Positions 44,795-55,584 of a stretch of 64,000 bases of DNA are shown here, piece by piece. The notes under the pieces are model-generated. The model saw nothing but the letters and a program-made list of their open reading frames with translations, ran no database searches and was not told the origin of the DNA. The first letter of the stretch is position 1; every line of letters begins with the position of its first letter. Origin of the DNA: Macrostomum hystrix (lineage: Eukaryota > Animalia > Platyhelminthes). The stretch covers positions 1,364,001 to 1,428,000 of the forward strand of contig CATNEN010000032.1 of NCBI GenBank assembly GCA_950097015.1. Reading direction: 5' to 3'. The translations under genes were made by a program, and so were the position numbers.

Positions 44795-47303
44795 GACGGC
44801 TTTAAACCTGCAATTCGGGATGGATGGTCAAACAACAGTATTTATATTAGTTTCGGAATGTAAACCTTTTGCGAAGAAAAAATTTCTTGGCAAGAAGAAA
44901 ATTCAAAATTGTAAAAGAAAATTCCCTAGTTAACAGGCAAGTGGTCTTGGTATCATTTTACTGATGCTGTTAAAAACGGAAGAAAATATTTAACTAAAGA
45001 TACACATAACACATTTTGCATCTGAAAAGAAGTTCAGTTGCTACTGGCTTACTGAGTGAAATGTAAGTTTGAAATTTCAGAAGAGGAAAATGTGACAAAC
45101 ATTTCTATAAGTATTGCATTGCAGAATAAAACGATTAGATATTAATTTTTTTAATGCTTAAATGTAGAATATTGAAGTTTAACTTATGGTAAATATTCAT
45201 ATAAGAAATGGTGACTAAAGTAATTTACAACAATTTGAATATAAACCAGTCCGGTGCATTTTAGGGTAAATATGGCAAAAAAATTTTACATGTTAAATAA
45301 CTGCCATTAATTCATTGAAGGTTTGGTCTTAAGTTCCATCTTAATTAATTTTTGAAATATGTACCCTAATATTACATATAGAAATTGCATGTCGGGTGGA
45401 ACACCAACCCTAAAAAATACATACTTTGTGGAGATCACTATAATTAGAGACAGAAAGATCCAGAAAAATATTTGTCTGTGATTTATTAATACAAACATTA
45501 ATTACTTATTAATAACTAAGAATAACATATTCTAGTATATTATTTTATGATATGCAAAAGAAAATTGTTTATTAATTATAAAATTGTCTAAACTTACTAT
45601 ATAATGCCAATATGCTTAAATTGATATAGTAAAAATGTAAGCAATGATTGTTAAAAAAACTTGTGTTCCTAAATCACAGATAAAGAATCTTGGCTTTATT
45701 AGCACATAGTAAAATTTTGTTTGACATGATTTTATAATTAGGTTCTTAATCTTGTCACTAATTTATATGTGCTTCCATTGGTAAACATGTTACTAATAAA
45801 TTAAAATCTGCTTTGGAAAAAAGTTTATATTGCAGAGGAAATCTAATAGAGTGGTATACTATTTATTCTACTGTACCTTTGATATAATGGTTAGCTTAGC
45901 AAGTTTTATAGTAGCTTGCTCCTGAAGAAATAATTTCCAGCCATCCTCAAGCCTTTTACAGTTAAAAGCAAACATTTAGTGCCCTTTTAATAGATAATAT
46001 AAATAATAGTTACAAAAGTTTAAATATACCAACACTGAAATAAATATATAACATGGAAAAGAAGTCAAACAGAAAAAGGGCTGAAGACTTAAGTACTCAT
46101 AGGCACATGACCCTGAATTGCAAGTAGCACTAAATATTCCTATATTGATACATTCCATTGTAACATTCAAAACAATTTGCAATTCAAACATTTAATAAGC
46201 TACTAAGGCACTTTTTGTAATTACTACATTGCCCATTGTTTAACATTATCACATAGTAAAGTCAAACAAAAAACTATAAAGGCTTAAGTATTCCTTTTCA
46301 CATGACCATGAATTAACAATAAATTAGCAATAAATATTCCCAAATTGATATATTCCATATTTCCAACATTAAAAGTTTAATTTAATGCCAATAATGAAGA
46401 CATTCATACTTAGTTTCATAGTAAGGAAGGTGGCTGAATATATATAAAAAATTTACTATAAAAAATGTGCACTGCATACCAACACTAAAAACAAATTTGT
46501 GATCTGCGTGCCATTATGCCACGTGACAAAAAAGGAAAAGAATAAAAGTCTTGACAAATCATGAAATGATAATGTTATTAACTAGTTTACATAAAAATTA
46601 ACATAATTTTATTAAAAATGAAAAGAATTGTGCAGAAAAACTATACTATCAGTCAGAAAGAGACAAGAGACAAGCAGCTCACAAAAATGTGTAATTTTAA
46701 TTGTTACATTACATTTATCTAATATTTTTGGATTTCTAGAACAAACATTGACTTAGTTTGTGCCAATCCTATTAGCTTTTGGATGCCAAATTCAAGCCTA
46801 ACATTATTGTGCAAATGTGCTCAAGAGTCAACATAGGCTTCTGCCTTAAATGGGCTTTATGCTTAAATTGCATTGATGTGCACTAGTTTGCACCTATATA
46901 CACCCGTATGTTATAGTATACATTTGCAACTGACATGTGCTACACAAAGGTCAGTGTTTCTTTAACCAAACTGCCACCTTCCTGACTATGGCACTTGCTA
47001 ACTGAGCTAGGCATATTTTGCATAAAAAGGACAACACAGTAGAAAAAAACAGAAAGAGAGCATTTAAAAACTATTTTTTTAATTTTTTTGAGGTATCTCA
47101 TTTACTTGGAAATAATATAAAATTGATAAGAACTAACCAAGCTAACTTCTTTACCTAAAAAGTAACTTAAACCAAAATAAATAATTTTTGACAGACTTTA
47201 TTTGATCTATAACAATAAAATGTATGTTTAGTTAAAAAACTGCAGCGATATTAAATTGTATACTAGTTATAATAACTCATGATTAATAAATAGCAGTCAC
47301 AGA

Positions 47304-47728
47304 GGTCCCAGGTCATTTCGGTGACAAGACATTTCGGTGACACTCATTTCAGTGACAACTATTTTTGCACCTAAATATGCTGAGAAAACAGCCTTCCATG
47401 ATCCAGCAGCTGCTTAAAGCCTGCACTGGCCTTGTCAATCCAAAACTTGAAAAATGATTATTATACACATTTAATTAGGAACGAATAACTATTATAACTA
47501 TTGACTACTCATTAAATAATTTAATAATTTAACTCATTTAAAGTAAAACCCAGACTTAATCAGAGCGATGCAGCTTCTTATTAATACTTTTAGCATTATT
47601 TAATTAATATTTTATATGTGTACATAGTTAAAATGGAAGGCAGTTTTTTTAGCATATTTAGGTGCAAAAATAGTTGTCACCGAAATGACTGTCACCGAAA
47701 TGTCTTGTCACCGAAATGACCTGGGACC
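47304..47728. mobile_element. Non-autonomous DNA transposon (MITE) with about 85-bp foldback-like TIRs and 8-bp TSD
   Basis: Left arm GGTCCCAGGTCATTTCGGTGACAAGACATTTCGGTGACA...GCACCTAAATATGCT is the reverse complement of the right arm ending CCTGGGACC. GTCACAGA is duplicated at 47296-47303 and 47729-47736. Confidence 0.9.
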
Positions 47729-49048
47729 GTCACAGATTAACATTGGGGGCAAATAGCTATTCATACAGAACTGGATAGCTGCGACTCATGCATAGGGTTA
47801 AACAAGCTCTCGAGTTACATACAATTCGACTCAATAGAATCCTAGTCATTTATTAAGGGCCTAGCAAAAATATCTAGCAAAATATTGACTTTTAAAATGT
47901 AAAAAGAGCCTTTTCTAAAGCTGTATTGGCGCTAATATATTTTATAATATATATATATTTACAGTTACTTATTTGTTTAGAAGCAAACTTGCAATATCGT
48001 CAAAGGCGATGTGCTTATATCGTACAGATGTAAATAGCTTTAAATTACTTTCTTCTTACAATAGAAAAGAAAACTTACCTAAATATAAGTCTTAAATACT
48101 GTCATCAATTTTAGTATTTCTATATCGGCTCAGTTTGGCTTGGTAATGGTAATATAAAAGAACTAATTAGCAGAGACCACAATGGAAAATTTCTACGAAA
48201 CAAATAAAACGGAAATTATAGCTTTTAAAAAAGGTTCAGTTACTTTTATCAGTAAATTTTGAATTTTGTTCTCGTCTTTAACGACACCTTCTATGTTCAC
48301 TGAATTTCAGCAAGAACCCATAAATTTATTAATTAGCTGATAGATGAGAGTACCCAATTATAAGTTTATCTAGTATTGTTTATTAGATTGTTTATTTGCA
48401 ATTTTTATTAAAAAATCTTGTAAAGGACATATAGAATACAAGTATTTTAGTATTCTAGCTATCCTTGCATCTGGTAGGCGCTTTAACTTTTTTGAGTGGT
48501 AGTTTAGTCTTGTGAAGTCAGCTAGCCGGTCGGAGTCGGTGAGACCCTTCTGATTCGGAAGGCTCATTGCCACTAACTATTGAAAGCCACACTAGTGGAA
48601 TTGTGAGGGTGTTTAGGACGAAGAATGGACATTTTTCGTGCATTCGGAAAAATTTGACTGCTCAATAATTGTTGAGTAAATTTATAGATCTAAACAAATA
48701 TATACTTGTGTTATATTTTTATTGAAAATTTCAAAATACACCAGTAGTATGCCAAAGTTTTTACCATTACGTTGTATTTGATTGTGTATGACCCACATGA
48801 ATATACCACAGTTTTATGCTTGTTAAGTCATTTGAATAATGCTCTTTTGAAGTAGCCAAACCATTTCTTCAAGTAAAGAATATTTTAGCAGACACTAGAC
48901 CTATGTACGTAATTTTAGGAATTTAAATATTTTCTGTTGCCTTTGTTAGCACTTAATGTATAACATAATAAAATTGCTATTGATATGTAAGTCGAACTTT
49001 TGTCATCGTGAATTACAAGAATTATTAGATTATTATTAGAATTAAAAT

Positions 49049-49089
<41 letters not shown>

Positions 49090-49170
49090 ATTAATTATTA
49101 TTATAAGAATTACAAGACGAAAGTTCACTTTTCAAAATCCTTTTCTCCATCGGTTGAATTTCCCTGCTGT

Positions 49171-50324
49171 CTATCGCCCTCCCCGGATTCCCATGAAGAG
49201 CATGAGGATGAGCACGACATCGATGTACAATTGTAGGGCGCCGAAAACGTACTCCTCCTCGGAGAGTTCGTAGCCGCCAGCCCCGCCAATCACGTGATGC
49301 GTGTCGGCCACCAGGCAGACCACTAGCAGCAGAGCCACCAGGCCGCCGTAAACGCAGTCCAACAGATGGGCCGACATCGGATCCAGACCGCCCCGGTAGG
49401 CCAGGAATGTGGCCATGCAGGACACGCCGAACAGGGCGAATACAAGGATTACACCGAAGGCCAGGCTGGCGATGAGCGTAAATTCGACTCGCGTCTGCAG
49501 TACGAACAGAGTGACGCCGATGCACACAGCGCCGGTAATGCCCATGGATACTAGAACCGCATTGCTGGACGTGAATGCTGCCTGTTTATATTTTATTAGA
49601 GTGATTAGTAAAATTAAACAGATGGCTTAAGAAAAGTTGTATGTATGTTTCAAGATGGGTGTTTTGCACTGTAGGCCGCGATTTCCGAGTTTTGTGTCCT
49701 TCCTTTGTCTAATCTTTCTCATTTCTTATTTTGGACTTTCTATGTCATCTTAAGAGTTAAAAGCCACATGACTGCTCACTACTCACTGAAATTGTACTTG
49801 ATGGAAATAGACTGAACAAGGAGTTCATTTTTACCACGAATCCTGCAGTAAATATAAGAAACATTTCAGACACTAATAAGCATTACCAGCGTCGCAGCCA
49901 TTGCCGTCAGAGAGACGGTGAAGACGCACAGAGCGATCAGGTTGCCAGGTGTCTGTCTGCGCAGCCTAGTGGAGCAGACCAGGCCGAGGTAAACAGCCAG
50001 GAACACGCCGAGGAAGATGTAGAACACCCAGTAGTTGTCGCGAACGGCTTTAGCCAGCGGCTCCACCAGAGTCACCACCAGCACCATGCCGAAGGTGAAA
50101 GCCAGCTGGCTGGCCAGAATTAGGTACACCTTGCGAATGAAGCCTCGCCGCACCGACGACTCGTCCAGGCCGCGCGATGTGAAGCCTGCACTGACGTCAA
50201 CGGTGGTCGATGAGGCTGCAGCCTCGCTCTGATGGAAGCCGCTGTTAACGTTGCCATCAGACTGGGTATACGGAGGCGGCGGTGGCATCGTCTTCACATT
50301 GGGATCGTAGATGCTAGAATCCAT
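49171..50324 (-). CDS. Transmembrane BAX-inhibitor motif (TMBIM)/protein lifeguard family, 282 aa, exons 50324-49887 and 49581-49171
   Basis: Pro-rich N-terminus PPPPPY; VRRGFIRKVYLILASQL; RRQTPGNLIALCVFT; LVADTHHVIGG; LSEEEYVFGALQLYIDVV with both di-aspartyl sensor Asp residues. Phase-0 intron gtaatg...aaacag. Confidence 0.9.
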
Positions 50325-51066
50325 GACTACCGGACTTTCTCGTCGCCTGCCGAAAGCTCGAGATTATTTTGCAGTTGATTATTCCAAAATACGTTCTATT
50401 GAATAGTTATGACGTCTCCAATAGGCTGTTTGGATATAAATAAGTGCCCATTTGCCGAAATCTGCTGCAGCAACTTGCATTGATAAGATATAACTCAGTC
50501 ACAGGTCGATTTACTTTGGATAGCATGAAAATGTACGTAAAACCTGCATTTTAATGCTCGAAATCCTATGAGCATTTTTGTGAGCTTGTGAGGTGCTTTA
50601 ACTTAGTTTCAAGTTTAATCAAAGTGGTGTTTTTCTGACTTTGTATAAAATTGATTCTGTATACGCAGTATATATACAGCTGTAGACCTTTTCATTCCTT
50701 ATAAGTCTTGCGACTATAATTGTACATGTACGCACCTGTAGATATGTGTCCATAGCGTCGGCGTAACATCAACCTACGAAGAGGAAACTATAGCTTTGAA
50801 GTACCAAACATTTATAAGGCCCGAGGCCAATTTAAGGGCTTGCATTTCACTCTTTCCCTACTCTACTTCTTTTAGGAGTCAGTCACATTGAATAGAACTG
50901 CAGTGGCGTACGTGCATATTCGAGGCGAAAATTTTACTCCTCCTTGACTTGACATGTCAATCTTTACTGTGAGGAATGATGTGACACTGATAATGCGGAG
51001 TTCTAGTTGGATTCGAAGATTGTAAAACTCGATCGGTTATGTGACTTTGCTTAAAAAAAAATTAAG

Positions 51067-51380
51067 GGAGGTTGTAGCCTTGTGGTTAGAGCGTCGGACT
51101 CAAGACTTGAAGGTCGGGGGTTCGATTTCTGACTCCAGTGGAACAATTTGTGTACTTTAGCAAGACACTTAAACTCTGCATTGCTTCTGTTCACCCAGCT
51201 GTGAAATGGGTACCAGCATTAGTTACCAGCAGGGTGGGTGTCGCGTCCCCCAGTCCATGGACTGAACAGCCGTACGCAGCCGTCAGATACGCCGCGGAAT
51301 AGCAGCGGCTGTGCCGTCCTCTGCACATCTGGCTCAATGGGGCAGGTGTAATCAATTATTATATTACTTTTATTATTAAT
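51067..51380 (+). mobile_element. tRNA-derived CORE-like SINE (third family)
   Basis: A box GTAGCCTTGTGGTTAGAGCG and B box GGTTCGATTTC. Centre GCAAGACACTTAAACTC...CCAGCTGTGAAATGGGTACC resembles the MIR/CORE domain. AT tail; possible 9-bp TSD AAAATTAAG at 51058-51066 and 51381-51389. Confidence 0.8.
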
Positions 51381-51419
51381 AAAATTAAGTTAAAGAGCTA
51401 AAAGTATGTGTGCGAAGTT

Positions 51420-51850
51420 TCATGGGATCATATAGAAATTCTGGCATACAGTTCGGCACTGGTAGGCGTCGTAGCTAGACTGGTACATTTGCTCCCTCAC
51501 CACCTTGGCATAAAAGGAGAAGCTGCTCGGGTTGTCCAGGTAAGTAAAGATCGAAGATAGGTTCCATGTGTCCACTTAAATTCAGTAATTGTTGGAAATG
51601 CCGGGAAAGTTGGCTCCCTGGGCAACCCTAGTAACGCCTCCATGTGTTGTGGCGTCGAATGTGCCATGGCCGGCGAGATTGTTGAAGCCCAGCCTGAATT
51701 TGAACAGCACTGCAAGCTTGGATCTGACGTCTTTGGCAAGGCTAACAGACGGATCAGCATGTAGGCCCGAGTAGGATCGGAAGACCTGCCCATACCGATG
51801 CATGTCTATTGCGACGACTTGACCAGCTGGTTGGTTGCAAAGCACTTGAA
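51420..51850 (-). pseudogene. Second, partial and decayed paralog of the same LamG-like gene
   Basis: SKLAVLFKFRLGFNNLAGHGTFDATTHGGVTRVAQGANFPG aligns with copy 1 SKIVVAFDFRQGYSNLASPGTFDASLHGGVTRDAQGANFPG. Homology continues past stops at 51582 and 51576 (VDTWNLSSIFTYLDNPSSFSFYAKV vs VDTRNGSLISAYLDHPKNFSFFAKV). Confidence 0.7.
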
Positions 51851-52259
51851 ATCGGCATGGCTAGCATGAAACTAGCTCTACGAGTAGAGTACGTACTATC
51901 GGCGTCTGCGAACGTATTTGACGTAAGCATTTCTGCTTCTATTCAATTAATTAATTTTAAGAACGCCGGAGAAAACCAGAGAACTTTCTGGATTCGGTTT
52001 AAGGACTAGAGAAAATGTTTATAAGACAACTGATTGCGAAGCAATAAAAACCTAATACATTATAAACCTTGATACTCCATGTGAGCAACGACAAAGGGCG
52101 TTAGAGTATGCGTGTGTATTTACTGTCGTACTCGGAGCATCATTAGCTTTCAAAAGGTATTAAACAGTGTTTATTTATCTCAACTGCCGAAAAACTGCAC
52201 AATACACGATTCACAAACACATTTGTTTGAAAACTATGAGCTACAATGAACTCATTATT

Positions 52260-53253
52260 CTACCAGGGGCACAGCTGGTCCAGCTGCTGGAACTCAGCAG
52301 TGCTCAGAGCAGCCTTGGCTATCATGTCGCAGATCATGCGACCCTTGAGGGTCACAGTAGCCTCCTTGTGAAATCCAAGACGCAGAAATCGAGGAGCATC
52401 GTAGGGTCCCCAGCCCTGATCAGCCTCACAAAGGAGCCGTTGACGTGGAAGTTGCTCAAAGTCATGCCGTGAAACACTGCTCCCAGAGAGATGGCCAGCG
52501 GAGAGTTAGATGGCAGGACTTGGCCGGACTGGCGAGTCTCTGCTCGTCCGGGTGAGTCGACACACTCAGAAACTGGTGCTCAACCCAGGCTCGGCCGTCA
52601 CGATCTCCAAAGGACGTTACCTTCGACGATGCATCGACCACTCGGTTATAGAAGCAGTGATAGCTCGTCTCGTACTGGCTCTGACGGATGACCTTCGCAA
52701 AGAACGAAAAGTTCTTCGGGTGGTCGAGGTAGGCCGAGATCAGCGACCCGTTCCGTGTGTCCACTTCGATGTAGTCGGTCAGGGCGCCAGGAAAGTTTGC
52801 TCCTTGAGCATCTCTTGTGACGCCTCCGTGTAGCGAAGCGTCGAAAGTGCCGGGACTGGCGAGGTTGCTGTAGCCCTGTCGGAAGTCGAAAGCGACTACG
52901 ATCTTCGACTTGACTGAGTCGTCCTTCACATTGCTCACACATGGCTCTGTGCTCTGAGCCACGGTCAGAGTGAACAGATTGTTCCGCTGATCATTGTTTC
53001 CGAAGTATCAGACGCCACTTGTGCAGTGAAATCACGATTGTACGATTGAGCAGTTTTACATGGCTGCACAGGCCACGTAGCAGGTCCTCGGATCCTGGGC
53101 TCCTTCCAGCTTGCTGAGCTGAGCAAGACCGGCATTGCTGGGACACAGCGCCACCTGGCTGAATGAGACCTTCTGGTTCGAGCCGCTGCTTGCAGTGACG
53201 ACTTCTGTGTGGACACCGACGTAAAGTAGGACCAGGATTATCAGGTTCGACAT
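52260..53253 (-). pseudogene. Decayed gene for a secreted protein with a Cys-containing N-terminal module and a LamG/concanavalin-like domain (copy 1)
   Basis: Signal peptide MSNLIILVLLYVGVHTEVVTA. One frame continues through in-frame stops at 53056 (TAA), 53032 (TGA) and 53008 (TGA) into ORF 52462-52962. At least two further frameshifts are needed to reach LamG-like SLGAVFHGMTLSNFHVNG and LKGRMICDMIAKAALSTAEFQQL. The domain call is tentative. Confidence 0.6.
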
Positions 53254-55584
53254 GTTAGTAATTCGCAAGGCTTTATTGAGTAATAGGAACGTTTTTTACG
53301 TTCCTATTCCGATGAAGTTCGTTTGTGAAGGTTGCGCCACGAGCATAAACTAAAAAACGCATTTTCTTTCTATTTTGTCGTGGCAGTGAGTTCAATGACT
53401 TCGCTTCTAGACCATGGCAATTAGGGCCGAGAATCTTCGATAGCTTCTGCCTGTCCGAGAAATTCTCAACAGTGTGAGCAACTTTTCGTTGAGTTTTACC
53501 CAAGGACTACTGGACTAGACTAGACTAGACTAGACTAGACAAGGACTATAACAACGTATTCCAGTGGTCCTTGGTTTTACCTTCCAATTGAGTTCCTCTC
53601 AGCTGTCAGGCAGGCAAGGATGAGAAGTCCCTGCTAGTTGTAATTTTGACACACGTGTAAGAAAGGCTGTGATGAAATCAGCGTTTCCACATAACCCGAT
53701 TGTCGAGAGTTCCTTTTAAGTAAAAAGTCGTAGTGAAAAGATTCTTTTTTTAGGAATTTCGGCGATTTGAGCCGCATTCAATGCATAATAGATTTCCTCT
53801 TAGTTATAGACAATTAAAGAGGATTGAATGGTGCATATAGCTTGACAATGCAATAGATTGAAGTGAAACTTTCATTTTTCAATGATACTTTTTATTAGAG
53901 TGTTTAGATGCTGCAAGAATTGAATGCATCTAAAAATGATTTAATGGCACAAAGATACACTTTTTATTTCAAAACAGTCAGATTGTTGGGGGGTTGCATC
54001 TGCGTGAGCATTTTTTGTAATAGTCAAATTTAATTCTTCCAGTTCCAGTATAATGCTGCAAGTTCAGTGCTAATTGTTAAAAAGTAGTGTAGCGTGTTAA
54101 CTATATTATCTATTTTAAGAACTCATTTAAATTCCTTAAAATTAGAGGTTAGAATTCACAGCTAAGCCGCTCCGGGCCAGCAAGGGGGGGCAGACGCTAC
54201 CTCCCGTCAACTCTCAGCCGATCAAGTCGCGAGCTGGCCTCGCTGATTTTCTACCCCCAGCGAAAAGAGCACCCTAGGATGCTGAAGACCGCGGCTCAAG
54301 CTCTAGCCAGACAGCCATCCCGCCGATGGCCCTATAAATCAGGTGTTGAAATCAGTATAATTTAAAACAACTGCCCGTTTTCGCCGCATCTGTTCACGTT
54401 CTCGGAAGCCTATACGGTCTGATTCGCTTCACTCTCTGTTCGAAGCAAGCCCCACTCTTAGCGTGAGATTTGCCCAGCCCTTGTTTTGTTCCACCCGTTC
54501 CCGACCACAATTAGCTGCTAAATTGTCAGTTAGGTATCTCTCGGCTTTCCGCGTGTTAAGAATGCAGGAGTGGTCAAGAGGTCAAGAGTGGTCTGTAAAA
54601 CCTTTTTATCTAATTTTACACAGCAGTGAGTTGGATTACTTTTGCAGAATTGCAATGTTACTGCAAGTTTATCAATATCTTGCAGGTGCAGGCGCACGCA
54701 ATACGAGATGTATTACGAGCAATTTTAGCGGCTTTGACAAGAAATCTAATAGACTTAACAAACGAAGCAAAAATAATCCTTTTTATCTTGTTTACTTCAA
54801 TAATAAAACAAATCCTTGGAGAAATATTGTTTCAGTCTCAGCAAGCAATAAACATAATAACATAAGGTTCAAGTAATACCTATCACTAGTGTAAAAAATG
54901 TAGTGTGCGTAGTTTTAAAATAGAGACATTATTTACGGTTTTAATCTCGTTCTCGAGCTATAAAACTCACACATGAAATGATTTTATAACGTGTATTATC
55001 TGACGTTTTATTTTTGTTGAGTTTTCGATGTTTTCTTTGATAACATTTGAATAAAATCATTTCCAAATTCAACTTGTATTGGACGACATGTGTCGTTTCT
55101 TATAAGTACGAGCGTATATATTTCTGCATATTAGCTATGTTTGAATTAGCTATTTATTAAAATGCACAATTTTCGACTATATGAGGCCTGACGAGCGATT
55201 TTAAACCTAAGAATAAGAAAAATTAAATTCTAAATACGTATCACTATTTTCACACCTTTGTTATTGTTGGATATTCCTTTTTTGTCCATGGAACAAGCTA
55301 TTTATTTTAATCTGAAATTTTATCCAATAATCTTTATGATTCGATAATCATCATTAGTCCCCGATGAAATTTAAGCAGTAATTTCATTTACATAATTTTC
55401 TTGTTTTAATCCTTTAGGAAAAACTGTAGAAAACTTGTGTTGTAGAATATAAATTTTAAATAATAATCTAAAGATAAATGAAAAAAAATTTAAACCTGTT
55501 TTTAACGCACATAGCTAAAATTTGCTGCTATTTTTAAATGCCTTTTCGACGAATGAAGTTATTACAATATTCTGAACTTTCCAG

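Noticed and set aside
53008-53058. Selenocysteine or stop-codon readthrough in the LamG-like gene
   Set aside because: One stop is TAA, downstream frameshifts exist and no SECIS was seen; pseudogenisation is simpler.
54165-54345. HDV-like ribozyme
   Set aside because: I could not build P3 or P1.1 pairings around the CTCCCG candidate loop; kept only as a GC island.
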